DNA from: Antedon mediterranea | Taxonomy: Eukaryota > Animalia > Echinodermata | Length of the DNA stretch: 64,000 bases | Assembly: GCF_964355755.1 (NCBI RefSeq) | Contig: NC_092670.1 | Location: forward strand, 2,780,201 to 2,844,200 | Direction: 5' to 3' | Part shown: positions 49,301 to 62,497 of the stretch, piece after piece | Layout: every line of letters starts with the position of its first letter | Position numbering within the stretch: the stretch's first letter is position 1 | Notes under the pieces: model-generated | The model's database searches: none | Told to the model about the DNA's origin: nothing | What the model saw: only the letters and a program-made list of their open reading frames with translations | Made by a program: the position numbers and the translations under genes

Positions 49301-49726
49301 CTGTTGGCGTACAGAACAACACCACACTGTGTTACTGGTGAAAGTTCAGCACAATTGATGTATGGTAGACAACTCAGGACCAAGTTGCCTGAGATGGGTA
49401 ATGAAGGGAGAGACCCAAACGATGATGATATTAGAGTTAAGGATTATGAAAGTAAAGTAAAACAGAAGGAATATTGGGATAAAAGAAAGAAATCGAAAGA
49501 ATCAGAAATTAAGAAAGGAGATAAAGTGTTTGTGAAACAGGATAAGAAAAATAAGTTGAGTACGACTTATGGAGAGATGCCATATAGTGTAATAGAAAAG
49601 AAGGGAAACAGTGTTCAGATCGAAAACGATGAAGGTGTACAGAAACGAAGAAATGTAAAAGACCTTAAAAAGATTGAGTTTGAAAAGGGTAATGAGAAAG
49701 TAAATGAATCTGATGTTACAGAGTAG
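46357..49726 (+). CDS. pol: Gypsy gag-pol remainder: two CCHC knuckles, protease, RT, RNase H, integrase
   Basis: CYRCGKPGHIAKAC, CHNCGKSGHFAVVC, LIDSGAS, IADD, TDAS...TDHKPL, HEGHQG...CQAC, VSDNGPQF, NGEVER; rejoins gag in frame (ELADTQAHQM) to a single ORF of about 1,293 aa. Confidence 0.95.
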
Positions 49727-49797
49727 AAGTTTATAGTTTTAATGTTATAGTTTTAATGTTAGTTAATGTTAGTTATCTTAAATGAGAAAAGAAGGGA

Positions 49798-50011
49798 TGT
49801 AGTGTCTATAGACACGGCGACCGAGAGGTCAAAGGTTGTAGAGCACATAAAGTGTGTGTGCGGTTTTGTTGTGCTGCGAGCACGCCATATCGATAATAAA
49901 GGCACCGTTGTTTGTGTTAAATAGAGTTAACCCGTCTCGTGTTATTACTACATTGTTATGACGACTAAGAGAGTAAGTGTATAGGAACTTACAGAGGTAA
50001 CTAACTTTACA
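49798..50011 (+). repeat. Gypsy 3' LTR
   Basis: Identical to 40048-40261. Confidence 0.96.
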
Positions 50012-50897
50012 CTTGGGAAGTGTTAGATGAACGCTACGGAGACAAAGACAGAGTGGTTGATAGTCTGTTGAAGGATCTAGAGAATTTAAAGTCCTATGAA
50101 AGTAAGGACAAGATCAACATTCCAGCCATGAGTCGTTTTGTCCAAACCCTTCAAACGTTTGAAACCAGAGCGGAAACCATTGGTTTATCTGGAGAATTGA
50201 ACAGCAAAATCATGCTGAGCCAAATAAAACAGAAGTTACCAGAAGAACACAGAATAGCTTACTATAAAAGCGTTAGGGACAACGACACAGGTCATTCTCT
50301 CACTGGCTTGGTTAAATGGCTGTACAGCCAATTATTGTTACTTGAGAAAGCTATGCCCATGACTGAAACTGAATCATCTTCATCGTCAAAAAAGGCTTCA
50401 AATGCTGCTGTAGTGTCATCTGCAGAAGGATACAAGTCAGACTACAATAAAAATCCCTAGATTAGAATCCTAGGCCTACTGTAGAAAGAATCGTATCGCA
50501 GTTGTTCGTGTAATCACTTCTTGTTGCTATTGGCCTACGCTTGGGTGCACACGGAACAACAAATTTAACTGATAATTATTCATGTTTATTTTGTGACGTT
50601 TCATGAGGGGGACCCCAACTTATGTACGAAAAAAAAAAATCGCGTTCGGGTGGACACTTTTCAGCATTGGATAGTGTCCAGTTGCATGTTTCAACGGGTT
50701 CGTGGGCGTTTTTCAACAATTTAATGCTGTCCGGCCCGTTTAATAATGTCTGACCCATGGATTGAAATGCGTCCACTATTAAATACTGTATCATACTGTA
50801 CGTTTTATGATACGTGGTTGTTTTTATCACGCCTGCACTTGTCTTGTCTTCTTTTAATAACCAATAATACTTAATGATGCCAAACTAATTTTTTTTT

Positions 50898-52372
50898 CTA
50901 ATTAAAGATCGCTTTGCCTAAACACCTCCAATTAGGGACCATTATATTATTTGGTATGTGAAAAGACAAGAAGAATAAATAATTGTTAAGTATGTGACAA
51001 AAACAAGTAAATGAAGTGGTCCTCTTCCAATTAAAAATCACTTTACCTAAAACACCTCCAATTAGCGACCATTATATTATTTAGTATTAATAAAGCAAGA
51101 AGAATATATAGTTATTAATTATGTGACAAAAAACAAGTAATTGTACTGGTCCTCTTTCAATAAAGGACCACTTTACTTAAAACACCTCCAATTAGCGACC
51201 ATTTTATTAATTGGTATGAGTAAAGACAATAATAATTAATAGTTTTAATTATGTGACAAAATTAAGTAACTGTACTGACTGGTCCGCTTCCAATTAAAGA
51301 TCACTTTACTTTAAGACACCGCTAATTAGTGACCATTTTTATTAATTGGTATGAGTAAAGGCAAGAATAATTAATAGTTTAATTATGTGACAAAATTAAG
51401 TAAATGTACTGGTCCGCTTCCAATTAAAGGTCACTTTACTTTAAGACACCTCTAATTAGCGACCATTTTATTAATTGGTAGGAGTAAATACAAGAAGAAT
51501 ACATAGTTTTAATTATGATAGTGACAAAATTAAGTAAATGTACTGGTCCTCTTCCAATTAAAGATCACTTCAGTTTAAGACACTTCCAATTAGCGACCGT
51601 TATATTATTTAGTATGAATAAAGACAAAAAGAATACATAGTTTTAATTTTGTGACAAAAACAAGTAATATTGTACTGGTCCTCTTCCATTAAAAACCACT
51701 TTACTTATAGACACCTCCAATTAGTGACCATTTTATTAATTGGTATGAGTAAAGACAATAATAATTAATAGTTTTAATTATGTGACAAAATTAAGTAACT
51801 GTACTGGTCCGCTTCCAATTAAAGATCACTTTACTTTAAGACACCTCTAATTAGTGACCATTTTTATTAATTGGTATGAGTAAAGGCAAGAATAATTAAT
51901 AGTTTAATTATGTGACAAAATTAAGTAAATGTACTGGTCCTCTTCCAATTAAAGATCACTTCAGTTTAAGACACTTCCAATTAGCGACCGTTATATTATT
52001 TTGTATGAATAAAGACAAGAAGAGGAAATAGTTTATAATCATGTGATAAAAAACAAGTAATTGTACTGGTCCTCTTCCAATTAAAGATCACTTCAATTTA
52101 AACACTTCCATTTAGCGACCGTTTTATTATTTTGTATGAGTACAGACAAGATGAATAAATAGTTTATAATCATCTGTGATAAAAAACAAGTAATTGTACT
52201 GGTCCTCTTCCAATTAAAGATCACTTTACTTTAAGACACTTCCAATTAGCGACCGTTTTATTATTTTGTATGAGCACAGACAAGAGGAATAAATAGTTTA
52301 TAATCATGTTATAAAAAACAAGTAATTGTACTGGTCCTCTTCCAATTAAAGATCACTTTACTGTAAGACAGA
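50898..52372. repeat. Tandem repeat of about 130 bp, 11-12 copies
   Basis: CAATTAAAGATCACTTTACTTTAAGACACCTCTAATTAGCGACC... recurring near 51028, 51291, 51421, 51816, 51946, 52078. Confidence 0.92.
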
Positions 52373-52387
52373 CACGACTAAAAGGTG

Positions 52388-52460
52388 AAATAATAATAAC
52401 AAATAATAATAACAGGATTTTTATAGCGCACATACCACTCAAGAGTGCTCAAGGCGCATT
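52388..52460 (-). mobile_element. L2/CR1-like LINE 3' tail
   Basis: GCGCCTTGAGCAC...GCGCTATAAAAAT followed by (TTA)n on the minus strand. Confidence 0.45.
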
Positions 52461-52942
52461 CAAAAAAAAATTTATAAAAACAAATCATACAACTCTCCCG
52501 GTCCCGAGAGCCGCTGTTTTGAGGTTGACCTGACAATTGTGGCAATTACCAATTGGGACATTACCCTTGCTGGACATCTGGTAAAAATAAATACTGATTA
52601 TGCTGCCACTTTAGTACACAAAACGATAAATAAAAAAAAATAATACAACTTGTAGCATTCCCTTTAAACTAATACAGTAGGCCCTGTTCAAAACTGCTAG
52701 TGTAGAAAAGTCAAATCCACCAATATAATAAAACCTAGAACTAGCTAATGATGTAGAAACACCAACAGCTTATTTATTAAATAAAAATTAACATTATACT
52801 AATGTACAACTCAACAGGTAATGTAGTAACGAAAATTGCCTCACAGCTAATGTAGTTAATATCGCCAGCTAATAAAATATTATATATTTTACAAACCTAA
52901 AATGTCTAAATCGTGTGCAAATGTATTTCTCTACTTGCCTTC

Positions 52943-53261
52943 AGTCTATCCACCTCTCGTAAGTGATCGGCTTTCAAAACTTAGCACTCTGATCGTAAGC
53001 AACCACCCTTGTTAGCGACCACCTTTAATATTTAAAAGGGACTACCTCTGTTAAAGGACCGCTTCTCACAATGGACAACCTCCTGAAGGGGTAACCACCT
53101 CTCATAACGGACTGCTTTTCATAAACTACCACCGCTCGTAGACGACCACTTCTTTTACCGACTACACCTCCCGTAAGTGACCACCTCAATAGAGGTGGTA
53201 ATTTGCGAAAGGTGGTCGTTACAAAATTATGAGAAGTGGTCCCTTAGGAGAGGTGGACGGT
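52943..53261. mobile_element. Decayed MITE built from GACCACCT subrepeats
   Basis: TCCACCTCTC...GAGAGGTGGA inverted ends. Confidence 0.4.
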
Positions 53262-53733
53262 TTTTTTTTTTAGATTATTCGAAAAAAACAAAAAACCGAA
53301 ATACCCTTGAGTGAACGAATAATTATGATGCGCAATTAAGGTGTTTATTTTGCCATATAAAATATAAAAAAATAAATATTTTTTGGTAATATGCATCAAC
53401 AATATTTTTCAAATGTATTTTAGATAAATAAATAAATAATGTAAAATCTCTAGAAACAAAAAAAATATTGTGACTAACCAATTCAATGTTTTATTAAATA
53501 AAACCAAAAATCAGGCATCTGTGAAAAAAAATATAATGAAAAAGAACTCACGTTAACAATAGCGAACTTACTTGTTTAAAGCACTTTTGTTATCAGTTAA
53601 TATTATTAAATTAGTAACAGTATTATGAATATTACAAAATAATATTTTGAGAACTGAAAAATATTTTGAGGGAACAAATATATTTAGGGAGAACAAAATA
53701 AGATTTCAAGAACTGAACAATATAAAAAACGAA

Positions 53734-55147
53734 CTAGACATGAAACTCGTCACTTTGACGAGTTAGTTATCCGCTCGACAAACGCCACGTGCACGTCATA
53801 CGTTGGAATGTTGCACACAGAAAAAGATTATGGCATTATGACCTGAACTGAAGAATATGATATGTTGTTAGTGCTAAATTCTGTCTATTTTGTGTCATAT
53901 AGTATATACATTTTAAAGTACACAGTATAACACCTAATTTAAATTTTTAGGCATGATGGTGTCATAAAAATTAAATATTTTTAACACATGCATAAGATAG
54001 TTGATTGACCTAGACAATATTAAAATCTCGGAGAAAAAGGAATACAGATAACGGTGATGCGCTCCATTTAATGTGAGGAGCAATAATGAAAGAGACAAAA
54101 GTCATATATTTTACATTCGTGTGACCATACGATGACGTCACAATGGCCGGTTAACCATATTGATTAATGATCCGATATCTACAACTCATCACCTTCCAGA
54201 ACATGTAAGTAAAAAAAAGTTTACCTCGTAGTTTAGAATCTATGATTGTTTAAAAAAAGGCATAATTTTGACGAATTTTTGAATTTTTTCATTAAAAACA
54301 CGCACAAATTGTACAATTCGACGTGCTCGTATGACGTAATTTTAAGTCTAAATTGTTTTAAAAGTTGATAAAATTACTATAAAACGCTGAAAAAACATAA
54401 TTCACGCAAAAAAGATGTTTTTAGCGCTACGTGCGGACCACGCGCGTAAGATTGTTCGCGCGCGTGGGAATTTTTGACATGCTCAAAATTTCATGATCAG
54501 CGTAGAAAGTTGATTAGAAATTAATTTTGCGCATTTCAAATTTTAAATGCGCGTACGCGCGTAACTTCGTGTAAAACATGCCATTTTTAGTGCACAAAAA
54601 GTTAGCGCAAGATATAAATTAAACTTTTGCTAAGTTTCAATTTAAATTGTTATATGGTTTTCAATCTATGTTAAATACGCGAAATTCATAAAATCGCGCG
54701 TAAGTCACGTTGCGCATTTCTGAGGTCATTCACAATAGGAGGTGCACAACTTCACGTGAATGCCCATATGTAGAAAAAGTTATGAAATGTTATATTTACA
54801 CGTTTTTGAGATACGCGAGACACAAAAATGGAGGAGAAATGCGCGTGTGCACGTAAACTTCTTGTAAAACATGCCATTTTTAATCCATAGAAAGTTTGCC
54901 CTTGATATGACTTAAATATTCACCAAGTGTCAATACAAAATGACTTTTATTTTTTATCCTATGATCAATCAATGAAATTCATAAAATCGCGCGTAAGTCA
55001 CGTTGCGCAACTCTGACGTCATTAAAAAATAGGAGGTGCACAACTTCACGTAAATGTCCATATGATGACAAAGTTATGAAATGTTATGTGTACAAGTTTT
55101 TGAGATACGCGAGACACAAAAATGGAGGAGAAAGAAAGAAGAATAAT
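53734..55147 (-). mobile_element. Helentron-type non-autonomous copy 1, with internal duplication of about 295 bp
   Basis: 3' end on minus strand: subTIR GCGGATAACT, hairpin AACTCGTCA-aag-TGACGAGTT, CTAG. Confidence 0.7.
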
Positions 55148-57417
55148 ACTAGACATGAAACTCGTCACTTTGACGAGTTAGTTATCCGCACGACAAACGC
55201 CACGAGCACGTCATACGTTGGAATATTGCACACAGAAAAAGATTAAGGCATTATGACCTGAACTGAAGAATATCATATCTTGTTAGTGCTGAATTCTGTC
55301 TATTTTGTGTCATATAGTATATACAGTATAATGTATACATATTACATACAGTGTAGAATAGGTGAAATTACGGGACCCACCGTTTATTCCAATTTTTAAC
55401 ATGGCGACGGTATCAAAATGAAACACTAAGATAGCAATTTCGGAAGGAAATTATCTCAGCAACAACATATTAACGTGTAGAAGAAATTTGAATACTTAAA
55501 ATATAGATGCGCTCTCTTTTAAATGTGATGAACTATTACGCAAAATATGAAAATACGACTTTTTTTTATTCAACTGGCCATATGATGACGTCACAACATC
55601 CGATTGGCAAAATATTTACATGAATTCGTATCTACAATCCCATAGCTTCCAGAAAACGTTTTAATCATGATTATCGCTTTTTATTCTGATGAGCTATAAC
55701 AGATTGAAATTTACTGTAAAGATGAAAATAAGTGACCCACGTTATTTACAATTTTCGACACGATGACGTCATAAAATATAAAATATTTTTAATTCATGCG
55801 AAAGATAGTTCATTCACCTAGACAATATCAAAATCGGGGTGAAAATAAAAAACGGATAAGTGGAGATACAGTACGCTCTATTAAATGTGATGCGCTATGA
55901 CGAAAGATATAAAAATCCTATATTTTATATTCGCGTGGCCATACGATGACGTTATAATGTCCGATTAGCCATATTAATGCATGATTCCATATTAGTCTAG
56001 TAGGAAGGAGGGGTTACCGTGCACCCCCATGATGTATTTTTTTAATGTACATTTTTGTAATCCTGAATATATGTAATTAACATTTTTTGATGTTCCCAAG
56101 ACGAAATATTGTCCCATGGGGTTTTTTGGGGGCCATTTTGGTGGCCATCTTGGATTTATCAAAATCATAAATATAGACGGTACTTGACAAAGACTGATCA
56201 TAGAGGTCTGATTTTGGTCTTAAATTGTTCAGAATATGCACATTTCTATGTACTATAATGAAAAGTTTTTGTTCAAAATGGCCGTAAATGCCACTTTTGA
56301 CCTTTGACCTTGTTTTTACATAAGGGTCATATCTTGGTAACCCCTGGTCATAAAGATTTTATTTTTGTCTTAAATTGTTCAGAATATCCATATTTATATT
56401 CGCTTTAATGGAACATATTTTTGAAATTTGACGGGAAATATCATTTTTGACCTTTGACATTATTGCGTAACGATTTTCGCAATAATTTAGGTTATTTTTG
56501 TATTCGACCTATATCTTGACAACGAGTGATCATAGAGGTTTGATTTTGGTCTTATATTGTTCAGAATATGCACTTTCCTATGTACTATAATAAAACATTT
56601 TCATACAAAATGACCGGAAATACGACTTTTGACCTTTGACCTCGTTTTTACATAAGGGTCATATCTCGGTAACCAATGGTCATAACGATTTTATTTTTGT
56701 TTTAAATTGTTCGGAGTATCCATATTTATATTAGCTTTAATGAAACATATTTTTGAAATTTGATGGAAAATATCACTTTTGACCTTTGACATTATTTCCA
56801 CCCGAGGGTCATATCTCTTTAACCCCTGGTCATAAAGACTTTATTTTTGTCATAAATTGTTCAGAATATCCATATTTATATAAGATTTAATGAAACATAT
56901 TTTTGAAAGTTGGCAGGAAATACAAATTTTGACCTTTTACCTTGTTTCCGCCCGAGGGTCATATCTCGGTAGCCCTTGGTCATAAAGACTTTATTTTTGT
57001 CATAAATTGTTCAGAATATCCAGGAGTGAGGACCTCAATTTTCACAGAATTCTTATATAGTAAGAATGTTTCTGTTTTCAAAATAAAACTATGTATATGT
57101 AGGTCTACATAACTACTCATTCAAAACCCATTTATCAAGTTACTGCAATAGATGTTCAGTCATCGTCCACCTCAAATTCAATTCCTTGTTCATCATCTTC
57201 ATACTCTTTCAACTCCATGGTCGTTTTCTCAACTAGATCAATAAGATGGGCTGAAAGAATAGGACTGCATGACCAGACTGTCCTGTCACCATGCCCTTGT
57301 AGTTCATTCATACTAGTGTGATATCTTGTTTTAATGATTAAATGACAGTTTGGCACGCCCTACATCAGGACATTTCCAAATAAGAGGAAGTGCCTTCATC
57401 TAACCCTCTAAGGTCAA

Positions 57418-57964
57418 ATGTATAGAGGACATATTCCTGGTCAACTTCATGATATACAAATTTATGTTTCTGTCAAGCCCCGTCAGACTGAGATTCTGAC
57501 CGCCGTAAAACGTTTAGAAGCATGCACTGCTGAGATTAGGACATGGATGGGCTTAAACTTCCTCAAGCTTAATGAAAAGACCGAGGCAATCGTATTTGGA
57601 GTGGAGTTGCGTGTTCAATTTAAGATCCTGCTGGTGCTCCGATGCATAAATAGTTGCGTTCTCAAATACCTCTCAGAATGATCGACAATCAATAAGAGAA
57701 AGCGAGAACTAAGATCTAGTCATCAGGTGCTACTGGACATTCAGAGGCGCAAACATAGTTGGGGAGATCGGACTTTCAGTATTGCTGGACCTACAGTAGG
57801 TTCTGGAACCACCTATCTTTGAACATTAAACAAACATCATTATTGAGCACCTTTAAGTCACTACTCAAAACTCACATTTTCTGATATTTTTGGTAGCACC
57901 ATGAACAATGACTGTTGGAATGGCGCTATATAAATCGAATGATTGATTGATTGATTGATTGATT
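57418..57964 (+). pseudogene. L2-clade LINE 3' fragment
   Basis: DIQIYVS...IRTWMGLNFLKLNEKTE...RVQFKILL...GDRTFSIAGP...LKTH; (GATT)n tail. Confidence 0.8.
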
Positions 57965-58460
57965 AGTAGCATCTTCTGACCGCTTAGTATTTATTGTATT
58001 ACTGTACTGAATACTCAGTAAATGGCTGTAGACAGGCAGCCCAGATACATTTGGTTAGATGAGCTAGGTACCAATATCTGACTATTTAAGTGTGTTAATT
58101 GGAGGTCACTTGAAGTCAATGTAAATGGAAGTCTGCCGGGTACCCCCTGCTGCGTCTATACCGGGGGACACGAAAGGTGCTAACAAATCGGCACCAATTA
58201 GATGAGAGAGATACCACCTAATTTCACCACCATGGGATGCCCATTTGCATCCTATATACCAATATCATATCACCAAACATTTTGTCCTCTGCAATAGGCC
58301 CACCAGATCCCCCCCCCCCACCCCCGAGGGAGGGCCTACAAATGGTGATAGCATAGCTGAGTGAGGTACCACTCAAAATTAATGCCAAATGAACAAGTTG
58401 TGTTCATACAATACTAAATGGGTAACGACAGACTAATTGTCTGCTGCACCGCAAGTGCCA

Positions 58461-59010
58461 GACACCCTAAAGTTCGACTAGAGACCCCCTTCCCACAAAT
58501 GGCCTAGATTAGATATTGTAGATACCACCAGCAGCCAATGTTATATGATTTAGCACATTGTAAGAAATACCAAATGACCTATTACAGACTATCTGTACAC
58601 TGCCTTGGCCCTGGCAGACCCCTCTAAAGTTCGACTAGAGACCCCCCTTCCCCACAAATGGCCTAGATTAGATATTGTAGATACCACCAGCAGCCAATGT
58701 TATATGATTTAGCACATAGTAAGAAATACCAAATGACCTATTACAGACTATCTGTACACTGCCTTGGCCCTGGCAGACCCCTCTAGAGTTCGACTAGAGA
58801 CCCCTTTCTCCCAACTAGCCTAGCTTACTGTAGATATTGTAGATACCACCAGCAACCAATGTTATATGATTTAGCACATTGTAAGGAATACCAAATGACC
58901 TCTATTACAAACTATCTGTACACTGCCTTGGCCCTGGCAGACCCCTCTAAATTTTGACCATAAGTATACCGTGCGTAACCTTAGATATTGTAGATACCAC
59001 CAGCAATCAA
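58461..59010. repeat. Tandem repeat of about 160 bp, about 3.5 copies
   Basis: AGATATTGTAGATACCACCAGCA recurring near 58511, 58670, 58832 and 58983. Confidence 0.9.
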
Positions 59011-59014
59011 TGCC

Positions 59015-59410
59015 AACATTAAAAGTCTTTCGGAGATTATGGCCTTGTGAGAAACACTCATCCACTAATTATAAAAATTTGGGTCCGATATTGGTCTTTA
59101 CGTTCTTGCTGTACGGAGGATTGAACCAAATGATGTTTCTGTTTCGGGTTTTCTTTTTGGTTGCTTGTTCAGGTGTAGCTCATGTTCATATCCATTATTT
59201 CTAAGTGCTTCTTGGTACTGAGGTATTGCTGCATTAAACGAATTTTCATCGGATGAGATGTTTGAGAGTCGTTTATTTATTGCTAGTGGTATATTGTGTA
59301 ATTGATGGCCGATGATTACTTTCACGATGTACATATAATGGCGTATTGTTTGGTTTGGTGTATATGGGTGGAAGGTACCTGTCCTCAGATCGAGTGTTAT
59401 GTCAAGAATA
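59015..59410 (-). pseudogene. Penelope-like element RT C-terminal fragment
   Basis: LDITLDL...INKRLSNISSDE...YQEALRNNGY; in a shifted frame [19 protein letters not shown]...HNLRKTFN. Confidence 0.8.
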
Positions 59411-62400
59411 CCATCCACGTGTAAAATACAATTATCCCCTTTTCTTTCCCTAAATTTTCCATTATTTAATGAAGAATTGAATTTGATTAGAATGTATTTT
59501 TGTAGCCGTCTATCAGTACTGTTTCCAAAATAAATTAAGATTATGAAGATGTTGACATTAATTTTGTTATTGTCTCTTCCAATTGGACAATAAACACATT
59601 CTATTGGATAAAAGTTGTTTGCAGACCTAAAAGTAGCCACCTTTAATTATGAATAATTATGTAATGAAACGTGTTATCAGACACTTTTTTTAAATTATTT
59701 ATCAGATACTTTTTTCTAATTTGAGAATTGTTAAGAATTCTTGCATTATATGTAAATTATATTTAAATAGGGGTCAAAGGTAAAAAATGACATTTATTGT
59801 CAGTTTTTGAGGATAAATCATCATTAGAGTGGATAGCATGTATATTCAACAGTTTTTTATAAAGTCTGTAATTTTCCCTTTTTCTCAGCATGTTGTTATT
59901 TTATTTACATCTTTAAATTTATTTTTACTTTAAAACAGAAAAAATTCTTACTGTATGAGAATTCTGTGGAAGGTGTTAAATGTGACAATTGATAGTAACA
60001 TTTATGATCATTGTTTTAAATAAATATTCATTAGAGTGGATAGAAATATGTATGTTTTGAACAATCTTAGACAAAAAAAATTTGTTTCCGAGATATGGCC
60101 CTCAAGTGAAAATAAGGTATAAAGTTGTATTTCATTAAATGTTATATAAATGTGGATATTCTGAACAATTTATGACAAAAATAAAGTCTTTATGACCAGG
60201 GGTTACCGAGATATGACCCTCGGGTGGAAACAAGGTAAAAGGTCAAAAGTTGTATTTCCTGCCAACTTTCAAAAATATGTTTCATTAAATCTTATATAAA
60301 TATGGATATTCTGAACAATTTATGACAAAAATAAAGTCTTTATGACCAGGGGTTAACGAGATATGACCCTCGGGTGGAAATAATGTCAAAGGTCAAAAGT
60401 GATATTTTCCATCAAATTTCAAAAATATGTTTCATTAAAGCTAATATAAATATGGATACTCCGAACAATTTAAAACAAAAATAAAATCGTTATGACCATT
60501 GGTTACGGAGATATGACCCTTATGTAAAAACGAGGTCAAAGGTCAAAAGTCGTATTTCCGGTCATTTTGTATGAAAATGTTTTATTATAGTACATAGGAA
60601 AGTGCATATTCTGAACAATATAAGACCAAAATCAAACCTCTATGATCACTCGTTGTCAAGATATAGGTCGAATACAAAAATAACCTAAATTATTGCGAAA
60701 ATCGTTACGCAATAATGTCAAAGGTCAAAAATGATATTTCCCGTCAAATTTCAAAAATATGTTCCATTAAAGCAAATATAAATATGGATATTCTGAACAA
60801 TTTAAGACAAAAATAAAATCTTTATGACCAGGGGTTACCAAGATATGACCCTTATGTAAAAACAAGGTCAAAGGTCAAAAGTGGCATTTACGGCCATTTT
60901 GAACAAAAACTTTTCATTATAGTACATAGAAATGTGCATATTCTGAACAATTTAAGACCAAAATCAGACCTCTATGATCAGTCTTTGTCAAGTACCGTCT
61001 ATATTTATGATTTTGATAAATCCAAGATGGCCACCAAAATGGCCCCCAAAAAACCCCATGGGACAATATTTCGTCTTGGGAACATCAAAAAATGTTAATT
61101 ACATATATTCAGGATTACAAAAATGTACATTAAAAAAATACATCATGGGGGTGCACGGTAACCCCTCCTTCCTACCCTACTATATCTACAACTCATCTAC
61201 TTCCAGAATATATAATTTAAAAAAAGTTCACCACGTAGTTTAGAATTTATGAATGTTTAAAAAAAGGCATAATTTTGACGAATTTTGACAAATTTTTGAA
61301 CTTTTTCGTCAAAAACGCACGTAAATTATCCAATTGGATGTGCCCGTATGACGTAATTTTAGGTCAAAATTGTTCAAAAGTTGGTAAAATTACTAGAAAA
61401 AGCTGGAAAAACATGAATCACGCAAAATTTTTTTATTTTCAACGCTACGTGTGCACCGTGCGAGTAAAAATATACGCGCGCGTGGGAAATTTTGACATGC
61501 TCAAAATTACATGAAACGCGTAGAAAGTTGATTAGAAATTGATTTTTCGCATTTTGAAATTTTAAACGCCCGTGCGCGCGTAACTTCGTGTGAAACATGC
61601 CATTTTTTTTCCACAGTCAGTTAGCGCAAGATATAAATTAAACTTTTGTTAAGTTTCAATTTAAATTGCTATATGGTTTTCGATCTATGTTAAATACGCG
61701 AAATTCGTTAAAACGCGCGTAAATCACGTTGCGCAATTCTGACGTCATTCACAATAGGAGGTGCACAATTTCACGTGAATGCCCACATGTTGACAAAGTT
61801 ATAAAATGTTTTGTTTACAAGTTTTTGAGATACGCGAGACACAAAATTGACAGAAAGAAAGAATAATACAGAAAAAAAAAAAAAAGATGATTTCATACAG
61901 TTACAAGGAGTTATCCGCTACTAAGCGGATAACTAATTACTACTTCGAGACAAGGAATGATCAAGAGAACGAAATTAGTAATTCGAATTCCAATGAAATA
62001 ATATTTCGAGAGAACGAAAATAGGTAGGCCCTATGCCTATATGATTTAGTGATATTCATTCTCTAGAAATAATAATACAGTACCGGTAGGCTATATATTT
62101 TTTCAAGTTGTCGATTTACTTCAAATTGACAACAGGTTGTTACTCAATCAAAAACAAACAATTTAATTTGATTAGACTATATGTCTCCAGATATAATAAT
62201 AGTAATATTTATTTCAATCGACTTGATATTTTGCGATTAAAGTTGGTATTCTAAGGAATTATAATTACCCTAACGGGAGTTGGTGAACGTCCAGTGCCCT
62301 AGTTTTTACGGGGTTAATATGATGTCGATGTCGATGGTCCTACTTTTTTATCGATGAAAGCTGCCCGGGTGGTTGCAGCCATTTTCAACAGCTGGTATTA

Positions 62401-62497
62401 CACTATTCAATGCTGAAAATTATCCAGTGGACACTTTCAAACACCGGACACATTTAAATCTTACACTGGCACGATAGTCCGATGAGAATGGGTATAT

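Larger units (their letters stand above)
40048..50011 (+). mobile_element. Full-length Ty3/Gypsy LTR retrotransposon (Mag-like), interrupted by a P-type element
   Basis: Identical 214-bp LTRs (TGT...ACA), 5-bp TSD CTTGG, PBS TGGCGACGAG at 40263, polypurine tract GAGAAAAGAAGGGA before 49798. Confidence 0.96.
39487..50460 (+). mobile_element. BEL/Pao-type gag fragment split by the Gypsy insertion (39487-40047 + 50017-50460; 334 aa when rejoined)
   Basis: KYPTFNGNIRDYKRF...ARAW | EVLDERYGDKDRVVDSLLKDL...KQKLP (DUF1759-like); rejoins in frame after removing the Gypsy and one CTTGG. Confidence 0.8.
55993..61182. mobile_element. Academ-like / foldback-type element with TIRs of about 1,030 bp
   Basis: 55993-57022 is nearly identical to the reverse complement of 60153-61182 and is built from subrepeats of about 150 bp; TAG...CTA ends, 3-bp TSD TAT; decayed remnant RAN..L.I...GHG...VW...PIL...LIDL at 57156-57360 (-). 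Confidence 0.75.
55149..61936 (-). mobile_element. Helentron-type non-autonomous copy 2, interrupted by the Academ-like element
   Basis: Same 3' end at 55149; 5' end TT-AGTTATCCGC-ttagta-GCGGATAACT at 61909-61936. Confidence 0.75.

Noticed and set aside
55992-61243. Twin identical ORFs MISLCQVPS... on opposite strands
   Set aside because: Both are translations of the same TIR; no protein-like features.
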